Below the pieces are notes generated by a model, which saw only the letters and a program-made list of their open reading frames with translations, made no database searches and was not told where the DNA came from. From an uncultured bacterium (GTDB lineage Bacteria > Patescibacteriota > Patescibacteriia > UBA9570 > XYC2-FULL-38-9), in NCBI GenBank assembly GCA_937996685.1, contig CALKUP010000006.1:64001-128000 (forward strand): DNA of 64,000 bases, read 5' to 3'. Position 1 is the first letter of the stretch, and every line of letters begins with the position of its first letter. The position numbers were made by a program, and so were the translations under genes. This document shows positions 1-8,969 of this stretch, one piece after another.

Positions 1-1889
1 GTGTATGTCACAGTGTAGGTTCCTGGCGCTGCGGTATCCACTGGATTTGTCGTTGAGACAGCAACGCTTGCATCACACGCGTCTGAGGCTGTTGCTCCTA
101 GATCAGTATATGTTTGCCCTTGCGTCACAGATACATTTCCAGCGCTCACTTGCGTAATCGTTGGCGCAGTCGTATCCACAACACTCACTGTTCGTGTATT
201 GGAGCCTTGGTTTCCATCATAGTCAAGCGTACTGAGATACAGAATTGGATAGCTCCCAATGACACTCGCATTCACTGTCCCGCTACTCAAACCTGCAATT
301 AAACCTGTTCGAAAATTATCCGTTGCTGTCGCTCCTGCGTCTGACCAACTGCCAATGCCACATTGCACTGTGTCTGTTCCACTGGTGATCGCGACAGTTG
401 GGATTGTTTGATCTGACTCAAATGCACCAATGTCACACAAACCATTTTGTGGGCGAGATAACCCACGTGCATCTGTCGTTAGCGGATTTCCAGCAATGTC
501 TGTGCAATCAACTTCTGGGACAATGTCACGCGTGTTACTTGTCCATAAACGAGCTGTCTGCACAGGCCCTCCATTATTTTCTAATGAGACTGTAAAAAAG
601 AGTGAATGTGATCCAGAGGTTGTGTTGTCATGTGTTTGCGTAAAAATACCAGTGCAGTCAGTTGTTGTTGCGAGATAATTATAATCAGCAGACGCGAGAC
701 CCGCACTCGCAGAACAATCATTCGCGGTTGAGCCTGTTGGCGTATCTGGATATTGATAATTTTCCGCAAAGAGCGACCCCTTCACAACCACGTCAGCACT
801 TCCGCCTGCAACAAATAATCCACCACCATTTCCCCCACCACTGCGATTATTATTAGCGTTATTTTGCAAAATTGTACTAAAGGAAATATCGAGATGTGCA
901 TCGCCATTATTCTCCACAAAAATAGCACCACCGTTGTCAGCAGCTGTGTTATCCATAAAGGTTGTATTCACAACAACAGTTGGTGCATCAATATATAATG
1001 CTCCGCCGCCTAAACCAAAACCACCCAAAGAAGCGTTGTTGTTCGAAAAGGTACTATCGCGAATCACCATCTGGCCAGCCGGAATGATTGTGCTTTCAGT
1101 GGTATAAATTGCTCCGCCGATTGTTGCTGAGTTATTTGTAAAAGAAGAGTCCTCAATCAAAATCTCATTCGATTGTATTGAAGCGATAATCGCTCCGCCA
1201 CCTCCACTTGCAGTGTTGTTTGAAAACGCTGATTGAGAAATGGTCAAATTACACAAATTCGCATTCATCGCACCACCGAACTCACCTGCAGTTGTTGTGT
1301 TTCCGGAAATCGTGGAATTTGTAATCACTAATGTATTGTTCTCACAACGAATACCACCGCCAAATGACGAGCCGGTCATTGCATTATTTGAAACCGTCAC
1401 ATGATCGAGTGTTGTTGTTCCAAGCGCTAGAATGCCTGCACCGTCACCAGTTGTTGTGCCATTTGTGAGCGTGAGTTGACTGATTACAGCCGTTGTTCCT
1501 GCCAGCGTCTCCATCACACGATCAATGTGGTTCGCATCAATAATTGTCTCGTCTACTCCAGCACCAGTGAGCGTTAACGTGCCGCTTGTGTCTGTAATAT
1601 CTAAATCGCCAGTCGCTGCAGCGTTTTCAGCTGTTCCGGAAACACTGAGAGTGTACGTTCCAGCTGGAACAATGATTGTGTCTGAACCACTACTTGCATT
1701 TGCAGATCGAATCGCTTCACGCAATGAACAATCCGTTGCACTGCCAGTGACGCAGGATGGCGAAACATCTGCTTCATCGTTTTCGATGGTCACCGTGTAA
1801 CTCGCCGCGTATGCGCTTGTTGGCATCAAGAAACAGAACAAAGCGAAAAAAGAAACAACTATTTTTTTGATTGTGTGTTGTGCATGCAT
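1..1889 (-). CDS. Large secreted beta-helix surface protein with PMP-type repeats and a DUF5011-like Ig domain. 5' partial: the C-terminus lies beyond the window start.
   Basis: Manual minus-strand translation from ATG at 1889 reads MHAQHTIKKIVVSFFALFCFLMPTSAYA (signal peptide). The open frame continues without a stop to position 3. Repeated FxxN and GGAI motifs (FSNNTASGGGGAIIAS, FTNNSATIGGAIYTT, GGALYID), a CDIGAFE motif, then a DUF5011-like TAPTIT...GATATD...TYTVTYT segment. This ORF is absent from the supplied track because it is open-ended. Confidence 0.72.
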   Translation of the reverse strand, partial: MHAQHTIKKIVVSFFALFCFLMPTSAYAASYTVTIENDEADVSPSCVTGSATDCSLREAIRSANASSGSDTIIVPAGTYTLSVSGTAENAAATGDLDITDTSGTLTLTGAGVDETIIDANHIDRVMETLAGTTAVISQLTLTNGTTTGDGAGILALGTTTLDHVTVSNNAMTGSSFGGGIRCENNTLVITNSTISGNTTTAGEFGGAMNANLCNLTISQSAFSNNTASGGGGAIIASIQSNEILIEDSSFTNNSATIGGAIYTTESTIIPAGQMVIRDSTFSNNNASLGGFGLGGGALYIDAPTVVVNTTFMDNTAADNGGAIFVENNGDAHLDISFSTILQNNANNNRSGGGNGGGLFVAGGSADVVVKGSLFAENYQYPDTPTGSTANDCSASAGLASADYNYLATTTDCTGIFTQTHDNTTSGSHSLFFTVSLENNGGPVQTARLWTSNTRDIVPEVDCTDIAGNPLTTDARGLSRPQNGLCDIGAFESDQTIPTVAITSGTDTVQCGIGSWSDAGATATDNFRTGLIAGLSSGTVNASVIGSYPILYLSTLDYDGNQGSNTRTVSVVDTTAPTITQVSAGNVSVTQGQTYTDLGATASDACDASVAVSTTNPVDTAAPGTYTVTY

Positions 1890-1951
1890 GAAGCAATGTT
1901 AACACGAGCGGAATTAATTCACCAAATACTATTTGAATCAAGTCACGCTCT

Positions 1952-2773
1952 TTACACCGTAATAAACGAACGCATCCCGACACTCCCCATTTCAATCTCC
2001 GTATTAAAATAGGACAACTGTTCATCTGGTTCAAGCAGCGCCATTGCCGCAACCATTGGCCGGTAATGATCATCTGTTGGAACTGCTAATTGCGTAATCG
2101 CTCCAAACTGCTGCGGGCGTGTAATCACATTCATATTTTGGTCAGTCATCGCATCTGTCAGGCGCGCATCAAATTCTTGCGCCCAATCGAACGGCTGTCC
2201 GTTTTCCCAATCAATCGCACCGAGGTTGTGAACAATATTTCCGCTCCCAATAAAAATCACGCCACGATTGCGCAAGCTTTTTAATTCCGCGAACATGGTG
2301 AGCAATTGCTCCAGCGACTGATTGATATCAAGACTTATTTGTAACATCGGAATGTCGCGCTCAGGCTTCATGCGCATCATCACAGACCACATCCCATGAT
2401 CAAAACCGCGCGTGCGATCGAGCTCGGCTTCATACGCGAGCAGCGCCTGTTGCAATTGCTGTGCGACAGCTGGATCTCCCGGCGCTTGATATTGCACCGC
2501 AAAAAGCTCCGGCGGAAAACCAAGAAAATCGTGGATCGTATCAGGCCGCTCAACAGATTGAATGAACGTTCCGCGCGACAACCAATGCGCGCTAATCACC
2601 ACAATCGCCTGCGCCTCAGGCAAGCTCGCTCCGATCCGCTCCCATTCAACCGCAAACGGATTGTCTGTAATCGCATTCATCGGATTGCCATGCCCAACAA
2701 ACAACACCGGCATGCGCGCAGACGGCGTGAGCGTGTGTGACAATTGACGCAACGAATCAACAGGATGTTTCAT
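1952..2773 (-). CDS. Class III extradiol ring-cleavage dioxygenase, YgiD/LigB family (4,5-DOPA dioxygenase-like)
   Basis: Protein ...MPVLFVGHGNPMN...ISAHW... matches the YgiD N-terminus. The track ORF 1952..2995 extends upstream; the likely start is ATG at 2773 (MKHPVD) or 2713 (MPVLFVGHGNP). Confidence 0.78.
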   Translation of the reverse strand: MKHPVDSLRQLSHTLTPSARMPVLFVGHGNPMNAITDNPFAVEWERIGASLPEAQAIVVISAHWLSRGTFIQSVERPDTIHDFLGFPPELFAVQYQAPGDPAVAQQLQQALLAYEAELDRTRGFDHGMWSVMMRMKPERDIPMLQISLDINQSLEQLLTMFAELKSLRNRGVIFIGSGNIVHNLGAIDWENGQPFDWAQEFDARLTDAMTDQNMNVITRPQQFGAITQLAVPTDDHYRPMVAAMALLEPDEQLSYFNTEIEMGSVGMRSFITV

Positions 2774-2819
2774 TCCTCTATCTAACCAAAGAACTGGACC
2801 GATAGCAAATTGCGGATCT

Positions 2820-2848
2820 TTGCAAAATATCAAATATCTGATTAGATA
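2820..2848 (+). promoter_or_regulatory. Sigma70-like promoter TTGCAA-17-TAGATA, about 7 nt upstream of the CYTH gene ATG (near-leaderless)
   Basis: TTGCAA at 2820-2825, 17-nt spacer, TAGATA at 2843-2848. The ATG is at 2856. Confidence 0.35.
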
Positions 2849-2855
2849 GTGGCAT

Positions 2856-3599
2856 ATGGAAAAACCACTCCGAAAACAACCCGACAAAAAATCGTCAACC
2901 GAAAAGCGCGAAGACACGCCGCAAGAACGAGAGCTCAAAATTGTTGTGCCCAGAGCCGCGATTGAACCCTTAATCGCAAGCGCTCCAGCTGCCACGATTG
3001 ATCAATGGTATTTTCCGAAAGACGTCGAACTCTTTCAACGCGTCGCGAGAGAATGTGCTTTAGATCTACCATCTGATGCTGATGTTTCGCAAGCTCGGAT
3101 TCGCAAACAAGTTGAGCCAAACGGCAAAGTGGTGTACACCGCAACATTCAAAGGACAAAAAGATCTTACAACCTTTTCTCGCAGTGAGTTTGAAGTGGTG
3201 ATTTCGCAAGAGACAGCGGAAAGACTGCTGCCACAAGCAACCAATGGTCATTTACAAAAACGCCGACATTTTATTGAAGGCATTGTCGTTATTGACGGAC
3301 AACCTGAAAAACAAAAAGCGGAAATTGATTTACTCCTTCAAGATGCAAAGGGCGATGCAAGTGATTACCCTATCGCCTTTTTTGAAATTGAATGTGATTC
3401 CGATGCCGCGATTGATGCAATTCGAAAAGGAAGGGTAACATTTTCAGAAGAAATCAATGCAGTGCTCCGTGCTGGCAAAGAAGCGTCTGATAACAAGTTG
3501 TTAAGCATGACAACGATCGCAAAAAAAGGTGTTGACAGAGACGGTGCAGCTGACTTGCTCAAAAAAATTACCCCCGAAAGCAAGAAAAAGAAAAAATAA
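2856..3599 (+). CDS. CYTH-domain protein (triphosphate tunnel metalloenzyme, class IV adenylate cyclase / triphosphatase-like)
   Basis: N-terminal ExExK motif (ERELKIVVP). Alternating acidic and basic beta-strand pattern typical of CYTH. Lys-rich C-terminal tail. Confidence 0.6.
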   Translation: MEKPLRKQPDKKSSTEKREDTPQERELKIVVPRAAIEPLIASAPAATIDQWYFPKDVELFQRVARECALDLPSDADVSQARIRKQVEPNGKVVYTATFKGQKDLTTFSRSEFEVVISQETAERLLPQATNGHLQKRRHFIEGIVVIDGQPEKQKAEIDLLLQDAKGDASDYPIAFFEIECDSDAAIDAIRKGRVTFSEEINAVLRAGKEASDNKLLSMTTIAKKGVDRDGAADLLKKITPESKKKKK

Positions 3600-3621
3600 A
3601 TACTGCGCGAGTATTATTTTG

Positions 3622-3650
3622 TTGCAGCTCAACAAGAGATGTCATATAAT
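3622..3650 (+). promoter_or_regulatory. Sigma70-like promoter TTGCAG-17-TATAAT for the FG-GAP gene
   Basis: TTGCAG at 3622-3627, 17-nt spacer, TATAAT at 3645-3650. GGAGA lies 10 nt before the ATG at 3682. Confidence 0.45.
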
Positions 3651-3681
3651 ACAGGCATCTTATTTGTAATATAAAAATTTT

Positions 3682-5566
3682 ATGGAGATAAAATATGGAG
3701 CGAGTTTTGCGCTCCTTGGCGCGTTTGCGTTCAATCTTATTGTTCCTCATCAAACCCTTGCTGATACAGTTTGGGATGCGACCAAAAAGAGTGCAGCGAC
3801 GTACACACTTTCTAGTCCATATGCTGGCCCAACAAACGTCAATTTTGTCGGCGATGTAAATGGCGATGGCTTCGATGACGTGGTTGTCACAAGCGCAAAA
3901 AGTGATGACTCAAATGCAACGATTTATAATTATCTTGTATACGGGTCAGCCAACAAAATTTCTGACGGCAAGCTCACAGCAAAAGCGAGTGCCATTTTCA
4001 CAAACTCTCGACCATTAACCGGCGTTTCTCGACCAGTCGGCGGCGACATCAATAATGATGGCTATTCTGACATCATGATCGGAGACGACGATAACGTATA
4101 TATCATCTTCGGAAAAAGCACAAAATTTACCGGCACACAAACAACAAAGACTGCTTCAAGTGCATCAATTTTAAATCCAAATTCATCAGAAGCAGAGGTT
4201 GTTGATGTAAATAACGACAACATTGAAGATTTGATTGTGCCAGGGCGCTTACAAAAGCACAGTGGTTCTTGGGTCTACATCTATCACCAACACCACAACA
4301 GCGCGAGCCGCTGCTCATGACATTGCACAAACAACTCTCTTAGGAGACATCAATAACGATGGTTTCATGGATTGGGGCAAAGTTGTTGAAAAAGGCAACA
4401 CAAACGCAATTGTTCATATCTATAAAGGCTCTGCAAGTTTTTACACAAACAACAGCGCGGTAAAAGCAGCCACAAAAATAACCATTACTCCAAGTACAGT
4501 CGGTGTTGCTGGAGAAAATGCTATCGGTGTATCCATTGCTCCCCTTTCAGATCTAAACAGAGATTCATATGACGACGCAGTCATTCGCGTCATTCATTAC
4601 AAGGTCCAAGGCACAAACGTGAAAGAACTCAAAACAACCAGTCACGTATTGTACAGCGACGGCACAATGCCAAAGACTCGTACGCTTGGATCATTAAAAC
4701 AATTAGATTCTGACTTTTTACGTGGCCTCTATAACGCAGGAGACGTGAATGGCGACTCTGTTTCAGACATTGCATCACGCAATATCCCAGGATCAAGTCT
4801 ACAAGCTGGATCAAGTGTCATGAATGTATTTACTTCAGGGGTAAACAAAACAAAAAATACAGCACACGACATTTTGCAACTCGGCTTTACTCCAGGAAAT
4901 CGAATTGGCGCGTATCAAACTGCGACAGACATTGCTTCAACAGCAAATAAAGCCGGTGACTTGAATAATGACGGATTTGCAGATCTACTATTTTCTGGTG
5001 ATCCTGAGCACAAAAATGCAACCTTTATTGTATATGGCCAGTCGAACTTTACTGGATCAGAAAGTCGCATTGGCTCAGCTGTTGGCTTAAAACGAGATCG
5101 CGTACAAATCACTCGAGAAGATGGCACGATTTTAAAGAAACAAGTATTTTCAACTGGAAAAACCGGACAAAGTCCATATGTTAACCCTTTGAAATATCGT
5201 AATTTTGCACTTGTTGTATCCAGCAACGGAAAACAAGTTGCAACAATTAAAAATACTGGCTCAATCAGTAAAGTAAAAAAATTGGCTTCAAAGGCACAAT
5301 CTTCTGTGCTAGAGATGGAATCATTTAACATCGGAAACACAGCAACTGAAGAAGCTGTTGTTGTCACCCGAACTGGTAATGATGTCACAACGTTTTATCT
5401 CACCATCATGAATGGCGCTATTAAAACAATTGACTCAAAAACTATTTCAACAACAGAAGCATTCGTTGGACTCGTTGTTGATCCAGCGCAAAAAACTGTT
5501 ACTCTGCAAAAAACAGATAGCTCAACAATTAAAGCATATACAATTGTTGGAACAACACTACAATAA
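3682..5566 (+). CDS. Secreted FG-GAP/VCBS-repeat (integrin-alpha-like beta-propeller) protein. The reading frame is interrupted by an apparent +1 frameshift near 4245-4255 (track ORFs 3682..4320 and 4235..5566). Either a pseudogene or a sequencing indel.
   Basis: Signal peptide MEIKYGASFALLGAFAFNLIVPHQTLA. Repeated GDVNGDGFDDVVV, GGDINNDGYSDIMIGD, GDINNDGFMDW, GDVNGDSVSDIAS and GDLNNDGFADLLFSGD motifs continue across the frame break. Both frames look protein-like only on their own side of about 4250. Confidence 0.6.
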
Positions 5567-5592
5567 GAACACTCTTCATTCTTATTCAAAAA

Positions 5593-5618
5593 GCGTCCCA
5601 TATCGGGGCGCTTTTGTT
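5593..5618. terminator. Bidirectional rho-independent terminator between convergent genes
   Basis: GCGTCCC-ATATC-GGGGCGC hairpin (7 bp including one G.U) flanked by CAAAAA upstream and TTTTGTT downstream. Confidence 0.6.
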
Positions 5619-5639
5619 ATAGGAAGATATTCTTGAGTA

Positions 5640-6170
5640 TTATTTTGTTGCAGCTTCAATCCGCTTCACCCGTTCAACGGCTTGTTTTCGGGTCACAAAG
5701 AGATAGACGAATAATGCAATCCCCACCGCCACTGCAACCGCAGAAATAATCATTCGGATATAATATGGCCGCCAATATTCCATTGTTGTGGCTTTTTGTA
5801 ACAACGGTTGCATGTCTTCGGGATTCGCAGAATCAATCACTAAGATGTCGACAGTATCACCAAGTGACAATTCGTTATATGTATTGCCATGCACGACTTG
5901 TGTGATGTTCCCTTCTGTCAGGGCGCCGTTTTGGGTCGTATATGAAACCGCGATATCATATTCCGTTCGCCAGCGATAATGCTCCGCGGAAAGATTGGTC
6001 ACACTCGCTTGTCGGACAGTTCCTTCTGCTTGATATCGCCCAATGAGTCGGTATTCACCAAACTGCAACAAAAACACCGGCCCGCCAATAACTAGGCACG
6101 CCGCGAATAGGCCCACCAAGATATTTCGACCGCGTTGTAATTGTGTGTCGCTGAGTGATTGTTTGTTCAT
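5640..6170 (-). CDS. DUF3592-like membrane protein (TM, beta-rich domain, TM)
   Basis: Two hydrophobic helices flank a beta-rich segment. Likely start is ATG at 6170 (MNKQSL); the track ORF extends to 6206 via an alternative start. Confidence 0.45.
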   Translation of the reverse strand: MNKQSLSDTQLQRGRNILVGLFAACLVIGGPVFLLQFGEYRLIGRYQAEGTVRQASVTNLSAEHYRWRTEYDIAVSYTTQNGALTEGNITQVVHGNTYNELSLGDTVDILVIDSANPEDMQPLLQKATTMEYWRPYYIRMIISAVAVAVGIALFVYLFVTRKQAVERVKRIEAATK

Positions 6171-6210
6171 GCAGAAAGTATGCCACAATTTCACACAACT
6201 AAACAAGGTG

Positions 6211-7467
6211 TTACTGATTGTTTGATTTTTGCAACACAGAACGGACGGTAAACAATAATGGGAGTTGCGTTAAAATCACACCGAGTAATCCGAAGCGCAA
6301 TGTTTCAGCTGGAAAATAGATATAGCCGAGTGCCAGCGCGATTAAAATAGTCACCCGACCCGCTCCGAGAAAAAATTCACGATCAAGCAAATAGACAAAA
6401 CGATTAACCCCACTCTTTTGGATCTCTTCATCGACGATATCAAAAAAGATTGTGAATAATGTTGAGTAGCGCAGTTCAATGGAAAAGGCACTAAACGCCA
6501 AATACACCAACAACGCCCAGGCAGTGTAACTAAATCCTAGGATCACTGCTCCAATAGTGGTGAGCGCAAACCAAAATGTGAGAATGCGGATATAATATCG
6601 CGGCTGAATGACTCGTCCTAATAAATACATTGCAGCCGTCGACAACACCGCTGTGACAGATTGGACTGAGCCGACGACATTCTCCTGCCCTATCAATAAC
6701 AAGATTAATAAGACCGGAAAATAAGTTGATGCACCTTCAACGAGTCCACTGAGAAATTCAACAAAGCGAACCTTCTGCCACCGCCTATTAGGGGCTTTCA
6801 AAAAAAGACCCTTCATTTTAATTGGGACGTGCACTTCTTCCGCGATCCATAATGTGATTATTCCTGAAACAACCAAACAGCAAGCTCCAATAATGCCGAA
6901 AAAACGATAGGCCACTCCAACATGAACAAACCCACTTCTCTCACCCAAAATAATACACCAACCGATCAACACAGGGAGCGCGGCACTTGTCATTGTTGAG
7001 AGCGCACTATCAAGACTCATGAATTGAAAACGGCGCGCTCCTTGGCTCGCGTGTGATGCGATGGTGTTTCGATTTGCCCAATACAAACCGCCAGCCAAGC
7101 CATTGAGTAAACTAAAAAACATAAAATACCCCACCGATGTCATCCCCTCTCCAAAAAATAAAAATGTTAAGGGCGCAAGAGCCTGAGCAATACAACCGAG
7201 GGTATATAAGGTGCGAATCCGAAAATAGTTGAGCAAAAATCCGTTGAGCGCAAAGGTGGCAATAATCCCAACAGGAAAAGCAACGTTGTATTCAATTAAT
7301 AATAACGGGTCACGCGTCTGCCGCCACACAAAGGTTTCTAAAAATACGAGCAACAATGGCGCCGCTGTGGAATACAACACAAACGACAATAACAAAACAC
7401 GCTGATCTTTTGTCAGCACTTGGAAATAAGACAACTCTTTCCGAAAAAATTGGATGATGTGATTCAT
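6211..7467 (-). CDS. MFS-type transporter (12 predicted TM helices)
   Basis: 418 aa, uniformly hydrophobic with a periodic helix pattern, mid-protein cytoplasmic loop with basic residues. Confidence 0.65.
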   Translation of the reverse strand: MNHIIQFFRKELSYFQVLTKDQRVLLLSFVLYSTAAPLLLVFLETFVWRQTRDPLLLIEYNVAFPVGIIATFALNGFLLNYFRIRTLYTLGCIAQALAPLTFLFFGEGMTSVGYFMFFSLLNGLAGGLYWANRNTIASHASQGARRFQFMSLDSALSTMTSAALPVLIGWCIILGERSGFVHVGVAYRFFGIIGACCLVVSGIITLWIAEEVHVPIKMKGLFLKAPNRRWQKVRFVEFLSGLVEGASTYFPVLLILLLIGQENVVGSVQSVTAVLSTAAMYLLGRVIQPRYYIRILTFWFALTTIGAVILGFSYTAWALLVYLAFSAFSIELRYSTLFTIFFDIVDEEIQKSGVNRFVYLLDREFFLGAGRVTILIALALGYIYFPAETLRFGLLGVILTQLPLLFTVRSVLQKSNNQ

Positions 7468-7507
7468 GCAAGCCTGCCTATTTTTTCACTAGATTATATA
7501 TTACTTT

Positions 7508-7933
7508 TTACCACTTCGCAGCAAATTCCACTGTCCATTCAATACCGAACTTGTCTCTGAACATACCGAAATATGTTCCCCATGGACTTCCTCCCATTGG
7601 CATTTCAACTGCGCCGCCAACGGACAATCCATTGAAGATTTTTTCAGCTTCTTCTTTGCTTTCTGCACGAACAGATATTTTGGATCTGTTTTCGTTTTCA
7701 TTCACTCGCCCCATCGCTTCCGGGATGTCGTTCGCGATTAACACGTTCGCGCCAATAGACAACGCAATGCGCATGATTTTATTCTCCTCTTTTTCTGGAA
7801 CTGGAAACTCAGCGCTTGATAAATCTTTGAAACGCACAAGCTCCACAAACTCTCCCCCAAATACTGATTTGTAAAATGTGAATGCTTCTTCGGCGTTTCC
7901 GTTAAAGTTGATCCATGGATTGATTGTTGTCAT
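7508..7933 (-). CDS. VOC/glyoxalase-family protein (PhnB/YjdN-like)
   Basis: MTTINPWINFNGNAEEAFTFYKSVFGGEF matches the PhnB-like N-terminus. Confidence 0.75.
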   Translation of the reverse strand: MTTINPWINFNGNAEEAFTFYKSVFGGEFVELVRFKDLSSAEFPVPEKEENKIMRIALSIGANVLIANDIPEAMGRVNENENRSKISVRAESKEEAEKIFNGLSVGGAVEMPMGGSPWGTYFGMFRDKFGIEWTVEFAAKW

Positions 7934-8070
7934 ATGTACTGCTGTTTATCTTTCGTTATGTTGTTATGCGTATATGGTAACAGGTTATTTGGGTGTGTGG
8001 CAACGATAACTGTTTGAATTGACTTATTTTAAGATGTTGATGGAAGAGAAAAAATTTTGATTTTAGTTTC

Positions 8071-8964
8071 TTAATCAATTTCACCATTTTCTCTCAAAAC
8101 GCGAATCGCATTAAATCTTCTACCCTCATCCACTTTATCCTTAACAATCTCGCGGAGTGCAATAATGGTTTGATTATATGCCAATTCCAACCCCTTATTT
8201 ACAACTTGCATCCATTGATCAAAATCAAATTGCTCAGCTTCAAGCAGTTTTTTGATTATGTCACCAAAATCACGCGGACTAAAACACGAATCCAGAAAAT
8301 GTGTTTCCAAAAATTGCTCGATGTCATCACCAGTACTGATTTTCTTAAGCCATGCAAGGGCAACCTTCTGATTCATGGGCAGATACGAAATTTGCGTTTT
8401 TTCCAACCAGTCGAAATATTCTACAATTTTAGCCTCAATATCTTGCTCAATATAGCCTTTGGCGTGTGCAATTTTGTCATTACGATATGTAATAATCGAC
8501 TTCTTAATACTACGTGCATCAATTTTTGTTAGACCTACAATCTTCAATAAATCGATAATTTCAGTTTCGCCCAAAAAAGCGATGGCATGCGGTGATTCAG
8601 GCGCTAAAATACCCTCTGCCCCATTACGGGGGTTTTTAATAGTTAATGCCAACTCATATTTATCTTTCTCCTCTCTGTAAATTCGCAAAATTTTATACTG
8701 TATGGCGAGCATAAAAAGGAGATGAAATGGCATTACCGCAAAAGGATTCGGTTCAGCTTCGTCTTTATTAAGAGAAGAAAATGCTTCCCATAGGTGATTT
8801 ATATAATCATTTTCCGTAGTGTCTCGACGAATGGGTAGATAGTCAAAAATCTCAGCTCCGATTACTGAATACGAGACATCCTTTCTATTATCCTCTATAG
8901 CAGACTCTCGTATTTGTTCAAGATAATCTTGATGTTTGTAAAAATATTCATCATCTTCTGACAT
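8071..8964 (-). CDS. Hypothetical HEPN-motif protein, possibly an Abi2 (AbiD/AbiF)-like abortive-infection effector, last gene of the type I R-M cluster
   Basis: 297 aa. Rx4-6H motif RNDKIAH in a helical C-terminal half. Position immediately downstream of hsdMS with a 6-nt gap. Low GC like the rest of the island. Confidence 0.45.
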   Translation of the reverse strand: MSEDDEYFYKHQDYLEQIRESAIEDNRKDVSYSVIGAEIFDYLPIRRDTTENDYINHLWEAFSSLNKDEAEPNPFAVMPFHLLFMLAIQYKILRIYREEKDKYELALTIKNPRNGAEGILAPESPHAIAFLGETEIIDLLKIVGLTKIDARSIKKSIITYRNDKIAHAKGYIEQDIEAKIVEYFDWLEKTQISYLPMNQKVALAWLKKISTGDDIEQFLETHFLDSCFSPRDFGDIIKKLLEAEQFDFDQWMQVVNKGLELAYNQTIIALREIVKDKVDEGRRFNAIRVLRENGEID

Positions 8965-8969
8965 AGTAG

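Noticed and set aside
2396-2740. 114-aa Arg-rich ORF antisense to the ygiD-like dioxygenase
   Set aside because: Antisense artefact. Basic low-complexity translation.
3682-5566. Treating 3682..4320 and 4235..5566 as two independent genes
   Set aside because: Both carry the same FG-GAP repeat family, overlap by 86 nt, and the second has only a TTG 'start' inside the first. This is better explained as one gene with a frameshift.
7934-8070. Looked for a direct repeat of the tRNA-Trp 3' end at the distal border of the R-M island
   Set aside because: No match of 10 nt or more to the GCAGGGGGTGCAGGAATCGAACC segment was visible by eye. Proper alignment is needed.
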